Positions 9,541-18,807 of a stretch of DNA of 46,322 nt are shown here, one piece after another. The DNA is from Pirellulales bacterium (GTDB taxonomy: Bacteria > Planctomycetota > Planctomycetia > Pirellulales > UBA1268). The DNA lies in the NCBI GenBank assembly GCA_044346905.1, contig JBIIYH010000001.1, positions 1-46,322 on the forward strand, given 5' to 3'. The position numbers and the translations under genes were made by a program. Numbering within the stretch: the first letter of the stretch is position 1; each line of letters opens with the position of its first letter. The notes below the pieces were generated by a model. It searched no databases, had not been told where the DNA came from, and worked only from the letters and a program-made list of their open reading frames with translations.

Positions 9541-9960
9541 GTGCCGCTTCCCGCCCCCGTCCCTTCCCCGTCCCTTCCCCGTCCCTTGAAACCGCCCCCC
9601 CGCACCTGGATCGGGAAGTTCGCCGACGCGTTCCGTGGGCTCTTTCTTTCGGTCGCCAACGAGTCGAGCTTCGCTGCCCACATCCCGGCGGCCCTCGCCG
9701 CGGTGGCGCTGGCCGCCTGGCTCGGCATCTCGGCGGTCGAGTGGTGCCTGGTGGCGCTGGCCATCGGGCTGGTGATCATGGCCGAGGTGTTCAACACCTC
9801 GATCGAGGCCCTGGCCCGGGCCGTGGGCCGCTATCCAGACGACGGGATCCGCGACGCCCTGGACCATGCCAGCGGCGGCGTGTTCGTGGCGGTGATCACG
9901 GCGGTGGTGATCGGCTGCATCATCCTCGGGCCCCGGCTCTGGCAGCTGGCGTGGCAATAG
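9541..9960 (+). CDS. dgkA: diacylglycerol kinase (DgkA family); start uncertain
   Basis: Three hydrophobic helices and the E-x-x-N-T-x-IE motif (AEVFNTSIEAL). No ATG lies downstream of the ahpC-like stop. In-frame starts are GTG 9541 or TTG 9586 (124 aa, typical size). Confidence 0.7.
   Translation: MPLPAPVPSPSLPRPLKPPPRTWIGKFADAFRGLFLSVANESSFAAHIPAALAAVALAAWLGISAVEWCLVALAIGLVIMAEVFNTSIEALARAVGRYPDDGIRDALDHASGGVFVAVITAVVIGCIILGPRLWQLAWQ
9555..9587. repeat. three perfect tandem copies of the 11-bp unit CCCCGTCCCTT
   Basis: Read directly: 9555-9565, 9566-9576, 9577-9587. Located at or near the 5' end of dgkA. The unit length is not a multiple of 3. Confidence 0.9.
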
Positions 9961-9975
9961 TGTCCGAAATCGTGG

Positions 9976-10005
9976 TTGACGCTCGCCGGCAGGTGCGCCT
10001 ACGGT
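9976..10005 (+). promoter_or_regulatory. sigma70-like promoter candidate for aqpZ (TTGACG-N18-TACGGT)
   Basis: TTGACG at 9976-9981 and TACGGT at 10000-10005, about 90 nt upstream of the aqpZ ATG. Promoter rules for this lineage are uncertain. Confidence 0.25.
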
Positions 10006-10092
10006 AGCGGCCCCCGGGTGGAGCCGGCCGGACCGGGCCCGGCCCGCCGAGAGGCGGCACGCCAACACTTTTCTCAAGAAGGATCCATTTCC

Positions 10093-10809
10093 ATGATGGG
10101 CAAACTGGCAGCGGAAGCGATCGGGACGTTCTGGCTCGTGCTCGGGGGCTGTGGCAGTGCCGTCTTGGCCGCGGGCTATCCCGACTTAGGCATCGGCTTT
10201 GTCGGCGTTTCGCTGGCCTTCGGCCTGACGGTGCTCACGATGGCGGCGGCGATCGGCCACATCTCCGGCTGCCACCTGAATCCCGCCGTCACCGCCGGCC
10301 TCGCCGCCAGCGGCCGGTTTCCGGCCAAGGACGTGGTGCCCTACTGGGTCGCCCAGGTGATCGGCGGCATCGCCGGGGCCGGCATTCTCTATCTCGTGGC
10401 CAAGGGGCTGCCGGGCTTCGACGCCGTGGCCGGCGGCTTCGCCAGCAACGGCTACGGCGAGCACTCGCCCGTCGCGGCCCTGGGCAAGGGGGGCTACCCG
10501 CTGGCGAGCTGCTTCATCATCGAGGCGGTGCTGACGGCCGTGTTCCTGTTCGTGATCCACGGGGCCACCGACAAGCGGGCCCCGGGCCTGATCGCCCCGA
10601 TCGCGATCGGCCTCTGCCTCACGCTCATCCACCTCGTCAGCATCCCCGTCACCAACACCTCGGTGAACCCCGCCCGGAGCACGGCCACGGCGGTGTTCGT
10701 GGGCGGCTGGGCGCTCGAGCAGCTGTGGCTCTTTTGGGTAGCGCCGATCCTGGGCGGGATCGTGGGCGGCCTGGCCTACCGCGGCGTCGCCGAGTGCGCC
10801 GGCGAGTGA
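10093..10809 (+). CDS. aqpZ: aquaporin Z
   Basis: 238 aa from ATG 10093. Two NPA boxes (HLNPAVT, VNPARS), six hydrophobic segments, and [17 protein letters not shown] typical of AqpZ. Confidence 0.93.
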   Translation: MMGKLAAEAIGTFWLVLGGCGSAVLAAGYPDLGIGFVGVSLAFGLTVLTMAAAIGHISGCHLNPAVTAGLAASGRFPAKDVVPYWVAQVIGGIAGAGILYLVAKGLPGFDAVAGGFASNGYGEHSPVAALGKGGYPLASCFIIEAVLTAVFLFVIHGATDKRAPGLIAPIAIGLCLTLIHLVSIPVTNTSVNPARSTATAVFVGGWALEQLWLFWVAPILGGIVGGLAYRGVAECAGE

Positions 10810-10855
10810 CCGGCTAAGCGTTACGGCCAGGATCCTGAACTGCTCGACGCCGGGA

Positions 10856-10986
10856 GGGGTGGCCCGTGCCAATCGAGCCGGCCTTGGCAGCGAGCGCAGG
10901 CAGGATGCCGAAGCGAAGCTGGCATGGAACGAGCGGAGGGCAGGATGCCCGCAGCGAGTGTCCGGCGAGATGGCACGGGCCACCCC
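10856..10986 (+). repeat. palindromic intergenic repeat, copy B (131 bp, two internal modules)
   Basis: Perfect terminal inverted repeat GGGGTGGCCCGTGCCA / TGGCACGGGCCACCCC. Two internal GGCAGGATGCC cores. Confidence 0.85.
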
Positions 10987-11018
10987 GACCTCCGCCGGAG
11001 GTCGCCTCTCCCAGCCGG

Positions 11019-12287
11019 TCACTTCGCGCGGATGTCGTAGCAGAGGATCGCGTCGCCTTCGCGAAGGTAGAGGCGGCCATCCACGATCACCGGGTGGGCC
11101 CAGCTCGGCCGGTCGCCGCTGCCTGGCACCTTGAAGGTGCTCACCTCCTGGTAGGCGGCGGGGTCGGCCTTCACCAGCGCCACGGTCCCGTCGGAAAACT
11201 TGACATACACGTGCCCGTCGCCGGCGGCGACGCAGGCGGAGTTTCGGCCGCTGCCCCGTTCCTTCCATACGATCTTGCCGGTCTCGAGCTCCGCACAGAA
11301 GGGAATCCCCTTGTCGTCGGAGTCGCCGTAGAGATGGTCGCCGAGGAGCACGACCCCGCCGTGCTTATTGGCCAGCTCGGTGTTCAGCGGATAGACCTGC
11401 TCCACCGTGACCGTCCCCCCGGGGCCGGGCACCTGCCGGAGCAGGGCGCCGCCCCGCTTGTAGCCGGCCGAAAAGAAGACGAGGTCGCCCTTCACGATCG
11501 GCGTCGGGATCACGGCCGTGGTCTTGTCGATCGGGTAGGTCCAGAGCAGCGTGCCGGTCTTGGCGTCGACGCCGATCGCGCCACCGGCGGTGGTGGTGAC
11601 GTAGACCCGCCGGCCACCGACCTCCGCGCTCACGATCGAGGCATGGCCGGCACCGGGATCGGCAGGCACCGGGCAGGCCCAGATCAGGCGGCCTGATTTC
11701 TTGTCGAGGGCGACCACGGTCGCCTGCGGCCCGCCGGGGATGCAGACGAGCTTCTGGCCGTCGATCGTCACGCTCTCGCTGTAGCCCCAGGAATCCCCCT
11801 TCGTGCCGCCGAACTGCTCCTTGAGATCGACCCGAAACACCGCGCGGCCGTCCTTGACGAGACAAGCCACGAGCTGGCCGAAGGGCGTCAGCACGTAGAC
11901 CATCGCCCCGTCCACGGTGGGCGTGCTGCGGGAGCTCTGCCACGAGTCCTGGCCGCTCGTCCAGGGCTCGCCGGTCTTCGTCTTCCAGAGCTGTTTGCCC
12001 GTGGCCCGGTCGAAACAGGAGAGATACTCGGCGGCGTCGTCGGCCGTGGAGAGGCCGTCGCCCAGCGTGAAGATTCTCTCGCCGGCGATCGCGGGGCTCG
12101 AGTAGCCGCGGCCGGCACCCTTCGCTTCCCAGACGAGCGGAGGGCCGTCGGCCGGCCAGGCTTCGAGCAGGTCGGTGTCGGGGGCGACGGCCGTGCGGTC
12201 AACGCCGCGAAAGGTGGGCCAGTCGCCCGCGCCGGAGAACCGCGACAGGACCGCCAGCAGGACGACGACCGGGAGCTGGAACCGCAT
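11019..12287 (-). CDS. secreted PQQ-like / BamB-like beta-propeller repeat protein
   Basis: 422 aa. N-terminal signal peptide (MRFQLPVVVLLAVLSRFSGAGDWP). Opens with WPTFRG. Repeated Y-S-S-P and G-x-L-x-A-x-D-x-x-T-G-K-x-x-W blades. Confidence 0.75.
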   Translation of the reverse strand: MRFQLPVVVLLAVLSRFSGAGDWPTFRGVDRTAVAPDTDLLEAWPADGPPLVWEAKGAGRGYSSPAIAGERIFTLGDGLSTADDAAEYLSCFDRATGKQLWKTKTGEPWTSGQDSWQSSRSTPTVDGAMVYVLTPFGQLVACLVKDGRAVFRVDLKEQFGGTKGDSWGYSESVTIDGQKLVCIPGGPQATVVALDKKSGRLIWACPVPADPGAGHASIVSAEVGGRRVYVTTTAGGAIGVDAKTGTLLWTYPIDKTTAVIPTPIVKGDLVFFSAGYKRGGALLRQVPGPGGTVTVEQVYPLNTELANKHGGVVLLGDHLYGDSDDKGIPFCAELETGKIVWKERGSGRNSACVAAGDGHVYVKFSDGTVALVKADPAAYQEVSTFKVPGSGDRPSWAHPVIVDGRLYLREGDAILCYDIRAK

Positions 12288-12436
12288 GGCACGCCTCGTC
12301 GGAGCAGGGAGAAGGAACCCTGTTGAAGGTAGGGCCGCGGTCGGGGGCGGGTCAACCGGCCGTGGCCATTCCGCAGCGGCGAGCCTGCCTGCCCAGGGTA
12401 TGATGGCGGGGGTTCTGTTCTGGCAGGAGGCATCTG

Positions 12437-12931
12437 GTGAGTGCGGCTGTGAACCACGATGAATCGCTCTTTGGCCGGCGGGAGTCCGTCGAGCAGGTGG
12501 AGGAAGGCCAGGATCTGGCCCCCAAGTTCGACGCTTCCGGCTTCATTCCCTGCGTCACCACCGACTACCACTCGGGCGAGGTCCTGATGGTCGCGGTGAT
12601 GAACCGCGAGGCGCTCGCCAAGTCGATCGAAACCGGCGAGGCCCACTACTTCAGCCGCAGCCGTCAGGTGCTCTGGCACAAGGGCGCGACCAGCGGCCTG
12701 GTTCAGAAAATCGTCGAGATGCGGATCGACGACGACCAGGACTGCGTCTGGCTGCGGGTCGCGGTGGCCGGTGGCGCGAGCTGCCACGTGGGCTATCGCT
12801 CCTGCTTCTATCGCAAGGTGCCGGTCGGGGCCGAGCGGCAGGCCGGCACGACGCTCGAGTTTCTCGAGCCGGAGAAGGCCTTCGACCCCAAGGCTGTCTA
12901 CGGCGACGCTCCCAACCCGACGCAGCTGTAG
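12437..12931 (+). CDS. hisI: phosphoribosyl-AMP cyclohydrolase
   Basis: GTG start preceded by GGCAGGAGG. Contains [31 protein letters not shown] and GASCH.GYRSCF, the HisI zinc and active-site pattern. Confidence 0.9.
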   Translation: MSAAVNHDESLFGRRESVEQVEEGQDLAPKFDASGFIPCVTTDYHSGEVLMVAVMNREALAKSIETGEAHYFSRSRQVLWHKGATSGLVQKIVEMRIDDDQDCVWLRVAVAGGASCHVGYRSCFYRKVPVGAERQAGTTLEFLEPEKAFDPKAVYGDAPNPTQL

Positions 12932-12937
12932 GCCGGG

Positions 12938-14896
12938 TTAGTCGCCGGGGACCTCCTGCCCGCGGGCGAAGTCGAGCGCCTCCCGCATGCCCTCGGTCCG
13001 GAGCGGCTCCGGCACGTCCTCGATCACGGCGATCGCCTCGGGAAACCGGCCCGCCTCCACCAGCGCCATGACCAGGTTATGGCGGAGCTCGAGGCGGTCG
13101 GGATAGCGGTCGGCGGCGATCGCGAAGATGTCCACGGCATCGTCGAGCCGGCCTGTTTGGGCGTAGGCGGCCCCCAGGTTCTGGAGCACGTAGAGCCGCG
13201 CGGGGTTGGCGGCGACCGCCCGCTCGAAGCAGGCCGTGGCCGCCTCGATGTGGCCGAGTTGCCGCTCGGCCTCCCCCTCGAGGAAGGCGACCGGGACGGC
13301 CAGCGGGTCGAGCGTCCTCCACGGGGTCGCGGCCCGGCGGGCCGCCGCCCGCATCGCCTCCCAGTCGCCGGCATGCTGCGCCCGGCGGGCATCCATCACG
13401 CCGCGTTCCTGCTGGAGCGCCGCGCTGGCGTAGGCGATTCCCAGCGCCGTCGCCGCGGCGATCGGCGGCACCACGAGCCAGCCCGGCAGGCGGATCGGGG
13501 CGGCTGCGGCCGGTGTCGCCCGCGTCGCCTGCTTCAGGAGCACGAGCACCGCCAGGTGCACCGCCAGCACGACCTGATGGCTGACCCGGTCGAGCGGAAA
13601 GTCGAATACCGAGAAGACCAGATGGCCGACGAGGGCCGCCAGCGACGCGACCGCCAGGCGGGCGTCGGTGGTCGTGGGCGAGCCGGCGAGCACCCGCCGC
13701 ACCGCCGCCAGCGCCAGGATGAACACCGCACCGAAGGCCACGATCCCCGGCAGGCCCTTTTCGGCGAACACCCAGAGGAAGTCGTTGTGGGGCTGGATCC
13801 AGTTGTCACTCGACAGGTTCGTGAAGTCGCGCTGGCTACCCAACTCATCCGATCTGAAATAGTCGTGCATCCGGAGCGTGAAGTTGCCCGCCCCGACGCC
13901 CGTCAGCGGATGGTCGGCGATCATCTCGGCTGCGATTCCCCAGACCAGTGAGCGGCCGCCGTCGCTCGGGACTCCGGCCTGGTGCGGCCGCGAGACGACG
14001 AGCCGGTCGATCGTCCGGCCGAGCGGCGTGTCGGTCAGCGCCAGCCCGCCGCCGACCACCGCCGCGATCGGCACCGCTGACAGGCTCGCGATCAAGGCCC
14101 GCCGGCCCCCCTCCGGCAGGCCGAGCAACTGGCGGTGTCGCAGGATCGCGATCCCGCCGGCCACGAGCGCCGCCGCCGCCGCCAGCCAGGCTGCCCGCGA
14201 CTGGAGCACCGCCACCGTGCCGAGCGCGGCAATTCCGGCCGCGGCCGCGACGCCCCGCCAACCGCCGGTGAGCTCCACCGCGGCACACAGGCACCAGGGC
14301 AAGAGCAACAGCAGGAACCCCGCAAACAGGTTGACGTTCGACATCATTCCGTCCAGGAACGCGGTCTCGAGATCCCGCCGGGAGAGCGTGCCGGCGGCCA
14401 CGAGCGGCGTGATCTCCCAGGCAGCGACGGTGACGGCCACCAGCGTCCCAACCACCGCCAGTTCGAGCAAGCGGCGCCGCCAGCCAGGGTCGAGCGGCAG
14501 CACGAGCAGGCAGAGGCAGAGCACCAGAAACGCCCCGAGGGTCCGGAAGCCATCGGTGAACCCGGCGGTCACGTTGGTCGCCACCGAGAGCGAGAGCCAG
14601 CAGACCGCCAGCGAGGCGGCCGCGGCGAGGACGACCGGATCGGCCAGCGGCGACCAGTCGAGCCGCCGGGAGATCGGCGGCACGAGGAGCACCGTGGGCA
14701 CGGCGATCAGGAGCACCGCCATCACCGCCAGCAGCCGCGGTAACTGCGATACGTCGTAGGCGGCCGGATCGACGACGACGTGGAGCCCGACCAGGAGCAC
14801 CGCCAAGAGCAGCGTGGGCAGCAGGCCGGTCGTCGCCGGCTCCGCGTGGCCACTCGTCGACCGGAAGCGTTCCGGATGCCGGCGGCTGTGGCTCAT
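12938..14896 (-). CDS. O-antigen ligase-like (Wzy_C/WaaL family) polytopic membrane protein with C-terminal TPR repeats
   Basis: 652 aa with about 10 or more hydrophobic segments. A large loop carries HNDFLWVFAEKGLPG (Wzy_C-type H-N-x-x-L-x-x-x-x-E-x-G). The last ~150 aa form TPR-like repeats. Confidence 0.75.
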   Translation of the reverse strand: MSHSRRHPERFRSTSGHAEPATTGLLPTLLLAVLLVGLHVVVDPAAYDVSQLPRLLAVMAVLLIAVPTVLLVPPISRRLDWSPLADPVVLAAAASLAVCWLSLSVATNVTAGFTDGFRTLGAFLVLCLCLLVLPLDPGWRRRLLELAVVGTLVAVTVAAWEITPLVAAGTLSRRDLETAFLDGMMSNVNLFAGFLLLLLPWCLCAAVELTGGWRGVAAAAGIAALGTVAVLQSRAAWLAAAAALVAGGIAILRHRQLLGLPEGGRRALIASLSAVPIAAVVGGGLALTDTPLGRTIDRLVVSRPHQAGVPSDGGRSLVWGIAAEMIADHPLTGVGAGNFTLRMHDYFRSDELGSQRDFTNLSSDNWIQPHNDFLWVFAEKGLPGIVAFGAVFILALAAVRRVLAGSPTTTDARLAVASLAALVGHLVFSVFDFPLDRVSHQVVLAVHLAVLVLLKQATRATPAAAAPIRLPGWLVVPPIAAATALGIAYASAALQQERGVMDARRAQHAGDWEAMRAAARRAATPWRTLDPLAVPVAFLEGEAERQLGHIEAATACFERAVAANPARLYVLQNLGAAYAQTGRLDDAVDIFAIAADRYPDRLELRHNLVMALVEAGRFPEAIAVIEDVPEPLRTEGMREALDFARGQEVPGD

Positions 14897-15813
14897 CGCT
14901 CGTCTCGTCTTCCGTCAGCCCGCGGGCCGATCATGCTACCGAGTGGATCGAGTGTACCGCCGCCAGGGGCGAAAGGCCGCGGACGGAAGCCGAGCTCACG
15001 CCGAGCGGCGGCATGGTCGCACGACAGATCCTCATCCATCCGCCGACCCATGGCGACGGTGGCACCGCCGGCCAGGCCGAGCCACCGAGCGATCGTGGCG
15101 GCCAGGTTCCAGGCTGCGGGGGGTAGGCTGACCACCCGCGGCACGAGGCCGTGGGCCCGGCAGGTGCGGATGACCATCTCCCGATACGGCAGGGCTTCGC
15201 CCCCGGAAAGCTCATAGCGGCACCGCGGCGGGTGGCGGTCGAGGGCGGCCAAGCAGGCGGCCGCCACGTCGGCGGCGTGCACCGGCTGCCGCAGGCCGAG
15301 CGCCGGCCCGCACAAGGGGAACCAGCCGTGCCGGCGGACCCAGGCCGCGATGGCCGCCACGTTGCCGTCGGTCAGGCCGTCGTAGATCATCGTCGGCACG
15401 AGCAGCGTGAGGACGATTCCGCGGTCTTCGGCCCAGCCGTGCAGCTGGTCTTCGGCCGCGGCCAGCCGGCCGGCGACCTGGCGCTCGGCCGCGTCGGGCG
15501 ACGACGCCTTGGTGACGACGCTCATCGACGAGAGCGCCACGAGACGCTCGACGCCCGCCTGCTCGAGCCAGTCGAGCTGATCTGGCACCGCCCAGAGCGG
15601 GCAGAGCGCGATCCACTCTGGCAGGGGTCGCATCCCGGGCGGCATCGGGGAGCCGGTCTCGTGCCAGCGGACCTGATCAGCGGTCGCCGGCGCCTGCCGC
15701 TCGCGCCGCCGCGAACAGGCCAGCACGTCGCCGCGGCGGGCCAGCAGCGGCAGGAGTTGCCGCCCGACCAGGCTCCCGCCGCCGATCACTCCGACGCGGG
15801 GAGCCTCGTTCAT
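14893..15813 (-). CDS. NAD(P)-dependent epimerase/dehydratase-family (SDR) protein
   Basis: 306 aa from ATG 15813. Rossmann motif VGVIGGGSLVGRQL. The stop overlaps the downstream ligase start (ATGA at 14893-14896). Confidence 0.7.
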   Translation of the reverse strand: MNEAPRVGVIGGGSLVGRQLLPLLARRGDVLACSRRRERQAPATADQVRWHETGSPMPPGMRPLPEWIALCPLWAVPDQLDWLEQAGVERLVALSSMSVVTKASSPDAAERQVAGRLAAAEDQLHGWAEDRGIVLTLLVPTMIYDGLTDGNVAAIAAWVRRHGWFPLCGPALGLRQPVHAADVAAACLAALDRHPPRCRYELSGGEALPYREMVIRTCRAHGLVPRVVSLPPAAWNLAATIARWLGLAGGATVAMGRRMDEDLSCDHAAARRELGFRPRPFAPGGGTLDPLGSMIGPRADGRRDER

Positions 15814-15832
15814 GACGGCAGGATGACGGTGC

Positions 15833-16891
15833 TCATGAGGGGAGCGTCGTCGGGGTGGCGACTCGCGCATCGAGAACCGTTTCCCGGACATGCCAGGCCG
15901 GGGCCGCATCGCCCGGGACGCGCTCGCGGGGCATCCTGGCCGCGACGACCGCCTGCCGGGTGGCCACGAGCGCGAACCGGAGCCAGACCCCGGCCACCAC
16001 CAGGCCGAACAGGCCGGCCGGATAGGTGCGGCGGAAGTGCTTTGTGTAAAAGCGGATCATGCCCCGATGCTTGTGCCATTCGACTGCCAGGGGGCGAGAC
16101 CGGCCGCACAAGCCGCGGTGATGGATGGCCGGGGCGTCGGGCACGAACAGGATCTTCCAACCGGCCTCGCGGAACCGGAGGCAGAGATCGAGATCCTCGC
16201 AGTGGAGGAAGTAGCCCTCGTCCCACGGGCCCACCGCGGTGAACGCCTCGCGAGACACCATCGTGAGCGCGCCCGAGACGGCCTCGACCTCGATCGGCGC
16301 GGTCGGCAGCGGCTCCTGATGGAGATGGAAGTCGGAGAACCAGCGGGGGGCGAGCCAGGCCAGTCGCCGCAGGCCGAAGCCCCGCACGAACGACCGCCAG
16401 GGCGTCGGAATGCTCCGTCTGGCACCTCCCTGCTCGCGTCCCCCGACGTCGGTGAGCAGCCCGCCGACCATCCCAACCCGGTCTCCTGACCCTAGCGCAG
16501 CGTGCAGCGCGGCCAGCGATCCCGGTCCAAGGATGCAGTCGGGATTCAGGAACAGAAGCGTCGGCTGGTCGGCGCGAGCCGCTCCGAGGTTACAGCCCGC
16601 GGCGAAGCCGGTGTTCACGCGGGAGCGGAGGATCGTGAGCCGAGGATGGGTGGCGAAGCGGGCCGCTACCGCCTCGAAGGGCACCGGCGCTGAGGCGTTG
16701 TCCACCAGGATCACCTGGCAGGCCTGTGCGAGCGCTGCCTCGAGGCAGTTGGCCAAGAGTTGGCCCGCGTTGTGATTGACGATGACGATGCTCGCCGGCA
16801 CGAGGCCACGGCCAGCGTCGGCCCGATCGGCCGGCGGGCTCAGCGACCCCGGCGAACCGGGCCGAACTCGACCATGCTGAGAACTCGCCAT
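15833..16891 (-). CDS. family 2 glycosyltransferase
   Basis: Contains SIVIVNHNAGQLL..CL, VILVDNAS, TGFAAGCN, FLNPD and CEDLDLCLR (the E-D-x-D-L motif of rhamnosyltransferase-like GT2). Start is ATG 16891 (52-nt overlap with the upstream gene) or GTG 16801. Confidence 0.85.
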   Translation of the reverse strand: MASSQHGRVRPGSPGSLSPPADRADAGRGLVPASIVIVNHNAGQLLANCLEAALAQACQVILVDNASAPVPFEAVAARFATHPRLTILRSRVNTGFAAGCNLGAARADQPTLLFLNPDCILGPGSLAALHAALGSGDRVGMVGGLLTDVGGREQGGARRSIPTPWRSFVRGFGLRRLAWLAPRWFSDFHLHQEPLPTAPIEVEAVSGALTMVSREAFTAVGPWDEGYFLHCEDLDLCLRFREAGWKILFVPDAPAIHHRGLCGRSRPLAVEWHKHRGMIRFYTKHFRRTYPAGLFGLVVAGVWLRFALVATRQAVVAARMPRERVPGDAAPAWHVRETVLDARVATPTTLPS

Positions 16892-17841
16892 GTGGAAACC
16901 CGCCGGGCAGCCTGCACGATTCGTCGCTTTTGCCAGCACCGGCCAAGTCCGGCCACGGCATCCCGCTTCGCGCGGAGGAACGCAGATCCCCGGCCCCGGC
17001 AGCCGAGGATCACCATCCCCAGGATAGATTGGGAAAGATGCGCAAGCAAAGCGACCGGTAAAACCGGTCCAGGCGTGTTTTTGACGAGCGTCCAGACCAG
17101 GTTTCGGTGGCCGAAATAGGTGGCGAACTGGCCCGTGGAACTCGCTCCGCCGACGTGCTCCACGACCGCGTCGGGGACGGAGCGGGCCGCGTGGCCGGCC
17201 AGCCTGAGCCGGAACCCGAGGTCGACGTCCTCGCCGTAGCAAAAATAGTCCTCGTCGAAGCCCCCGGCGGCGATCACGGCCTGTCGCCGATAAAGCGCCG
17301 CGGCGGCGCAGGCGGAGAAGATCTCCCGGGCCTCGAGGTCGGCCGGCCGTAGCGGCCGGCCGTGGCCATCCCGCCACGCCAGGCCGCTTGCGTGCCAGCG
17401 GTCACCGATGCCGTCGAGCATCCCCGGCCGGCCGGTGAGCATTTGCCGCGAGCCGAACGCGGCGCACTCGGGGTAGGCGGCGGCGGCGGCGACGAGCGCC
17501 TCGAGCCAGCGCGGTTCCGGAAAGGCGTCGGGATTGAGCAGCGCCACCAGTTCCGTGTCGGCGGCCGCGATCCCGCGATTCGAGCCGGCCGCGAAGCCCA
17601 GATTTTCACTCGTGGCGTCGATCGTGGTCCGCTCGGCAAGCTCCGGCCGGGATGCGACGAACTCGCGGCAGGCCGCGAGCGAGCCGTCGGTGCTGCCATT
17701 GTCAACCAGCACGATCCGCTCGGGCGGCACCGTCTGTGCGGCCAGGCTCTCCAGGCAACGGAGCACGTGGGCTCCGCCGTTGAAGTTGACGATCACGACG
17801 GTCGCGCGGGCCTGGTCACCCGCCGCAAACGAGGCGTTCAT
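16840..17841 (-). CDS. family 2 glycosyltransferase
   Basis: 333 aa. Contains TVVIVNFNGG..L..CL.SL, IVLVDNGSTDGS, LGFAAGSN, LLNPD and GEDVDLGFRL. Confidence 0.88.
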   Translation of the reverse strand: MNASFAAGDQARATVVIVNFNGGAHVLRCLESLAAQTVPPERIVLVDNGSTDGSLAACREFVASRPELAERTTIDATSENLGFAAGSNRGIAAADTELVALLNPDAFPEPRWLEALVAAAAAYPECAAFGSRQMLTGRPGMLDGIGDRWHASGLAWRDGHGRPLRPADLEAREIFSACAAAALYRRQAVIAAGGFDEDYFCYGEDVDLGFRLRLAGHAARSVPDAVVEHVGGASSTGQFATYFGHRNLVWTLVKNTPGPVLPVALLAHLSQSILGMVILGCRGRGSAFLRAKRDAVAGLGRCWQKRRIVQAARRVSTWRVLSMVEFGPVRRGR

Positions 17842-17861
17842 AAACCTCGATTCCTGGTCGC

Positions 17862-18803
17862 TTGACGGTCATTCCGGGTGGACCTAGTGTCGAGGGCTCG
17901 GCCGGCCCACGCACGGCCACTCGCGCCCGCCCGAGCCGCCCGTCCGTGACAGCCCCCACCCAGATCGCCGCAGATTCCGCGCCGCCGGCTGGCGGGCACG
18001 TGCGTCAGGAGCGGCGGCAGCCTGCGGAGACCGCCTGGGGAGACTGGTGGGCCGGCACGCGGCACGCCGATCTCTGGGGCACGCTGGCCTGGTACGACAT
18101 CGTGCTCCGGTATCGTCGCTCGCTCTTGGGCCCCTGGTGGATCACGCTGAGCATGGGGGCGATGCTCCTGGGGATGGGGCCGCTTTATGCGGCGCTGTTC
18201 GGCGTGCCATTGGCCCGGTTTTATCCGCACCTGGCGCTCGGGATCATTTTCTGGAACCTGCTCAGCACCTCGATCAACGATGGCTGCCAGGTGTTCATCA
18301 CGGCCGCGGCGTACCTCAAGCAGGGAGCCGTGCCCCGCAGCGTGTTCGTCTGGCGGAGCCTGGCCCGGCAGTTGTTCTTTCTCGCCCATCATCTGGTGCT
18401 CTACCTGCCGGTGGCCATCTGGGCCGGCCTGACCTGGAGCCCGCAGATGCTGCTGGTGTTTCCGGGCCTGCTGGTCGTGATCATCAATCTTCATGCCCTC
18501 TCGATCACGCTCGGCCTGCTCTCGGCCCGGTTTCGCGACGTGCCCAACATCGTCGCCAGCAGCCTCCAGCTGCTGATGTTTCTGACGCCCGTGTTCTGGT
18601 TTCCGGAGAAGCTGCCGGAGCGATCGCGATTCATCCTCTATAACCCGCTGGCCCAACTGCTCGACGTCTTGCGGCTGCCGTTGCTCGGCGGCTCGCCGGC
18701 GCCCGGGACCATCCGCTTTCTGTTGTACTTCACCGTGCTGAACGTCGCCGTGGCGGCCCTGCTCTACGCCCGACTCCGCCGCCAGGTCGCGTACTGGGTG
18801 TGA
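17862..18803 (+). CDS. wzm: ABC-2 type polysaccharide exporter permease (Wzm/KpsM/TagG-like); true start probably internal
   Basis: Contains DIVLRYRRSLLGPWW followed by six hydrophobic segments. The maximal ORF starts only 20 nt from the divergent GT2 start, so an in-frame GTG at 17946 or 18000 (267 aa) is more realistic. Confidence 0.85.
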   Translation: MTVIPGGPSVEGSAGPRTATRARPSRPSVTAPTQIAADSAPPAGGHVRQERRQPAETAWGDWWAGTRHADLWGTLAWYDIVLRYRRSLLGPWWITLSMGAMLLGMGPLYAALFGVPLARFYPHLALGIIFWNLLSTSINDGCQVFITAAAYLKQGAVPRSVFVWRSLARQLFFLAHHLVLYLPVAIWAGLTWSPQMLLVFPGLLVVIINLHALSITLGLLSARFRDVPNIVASSLQLLMFLTPVFWFPEKLPERSRFILYNPLAQLLDVLRLPLLGGSPAPGTIRFLLYFTVLNVAVAALLYARLRRQVAYWV

Positions 18804-18807
18804 CCCG

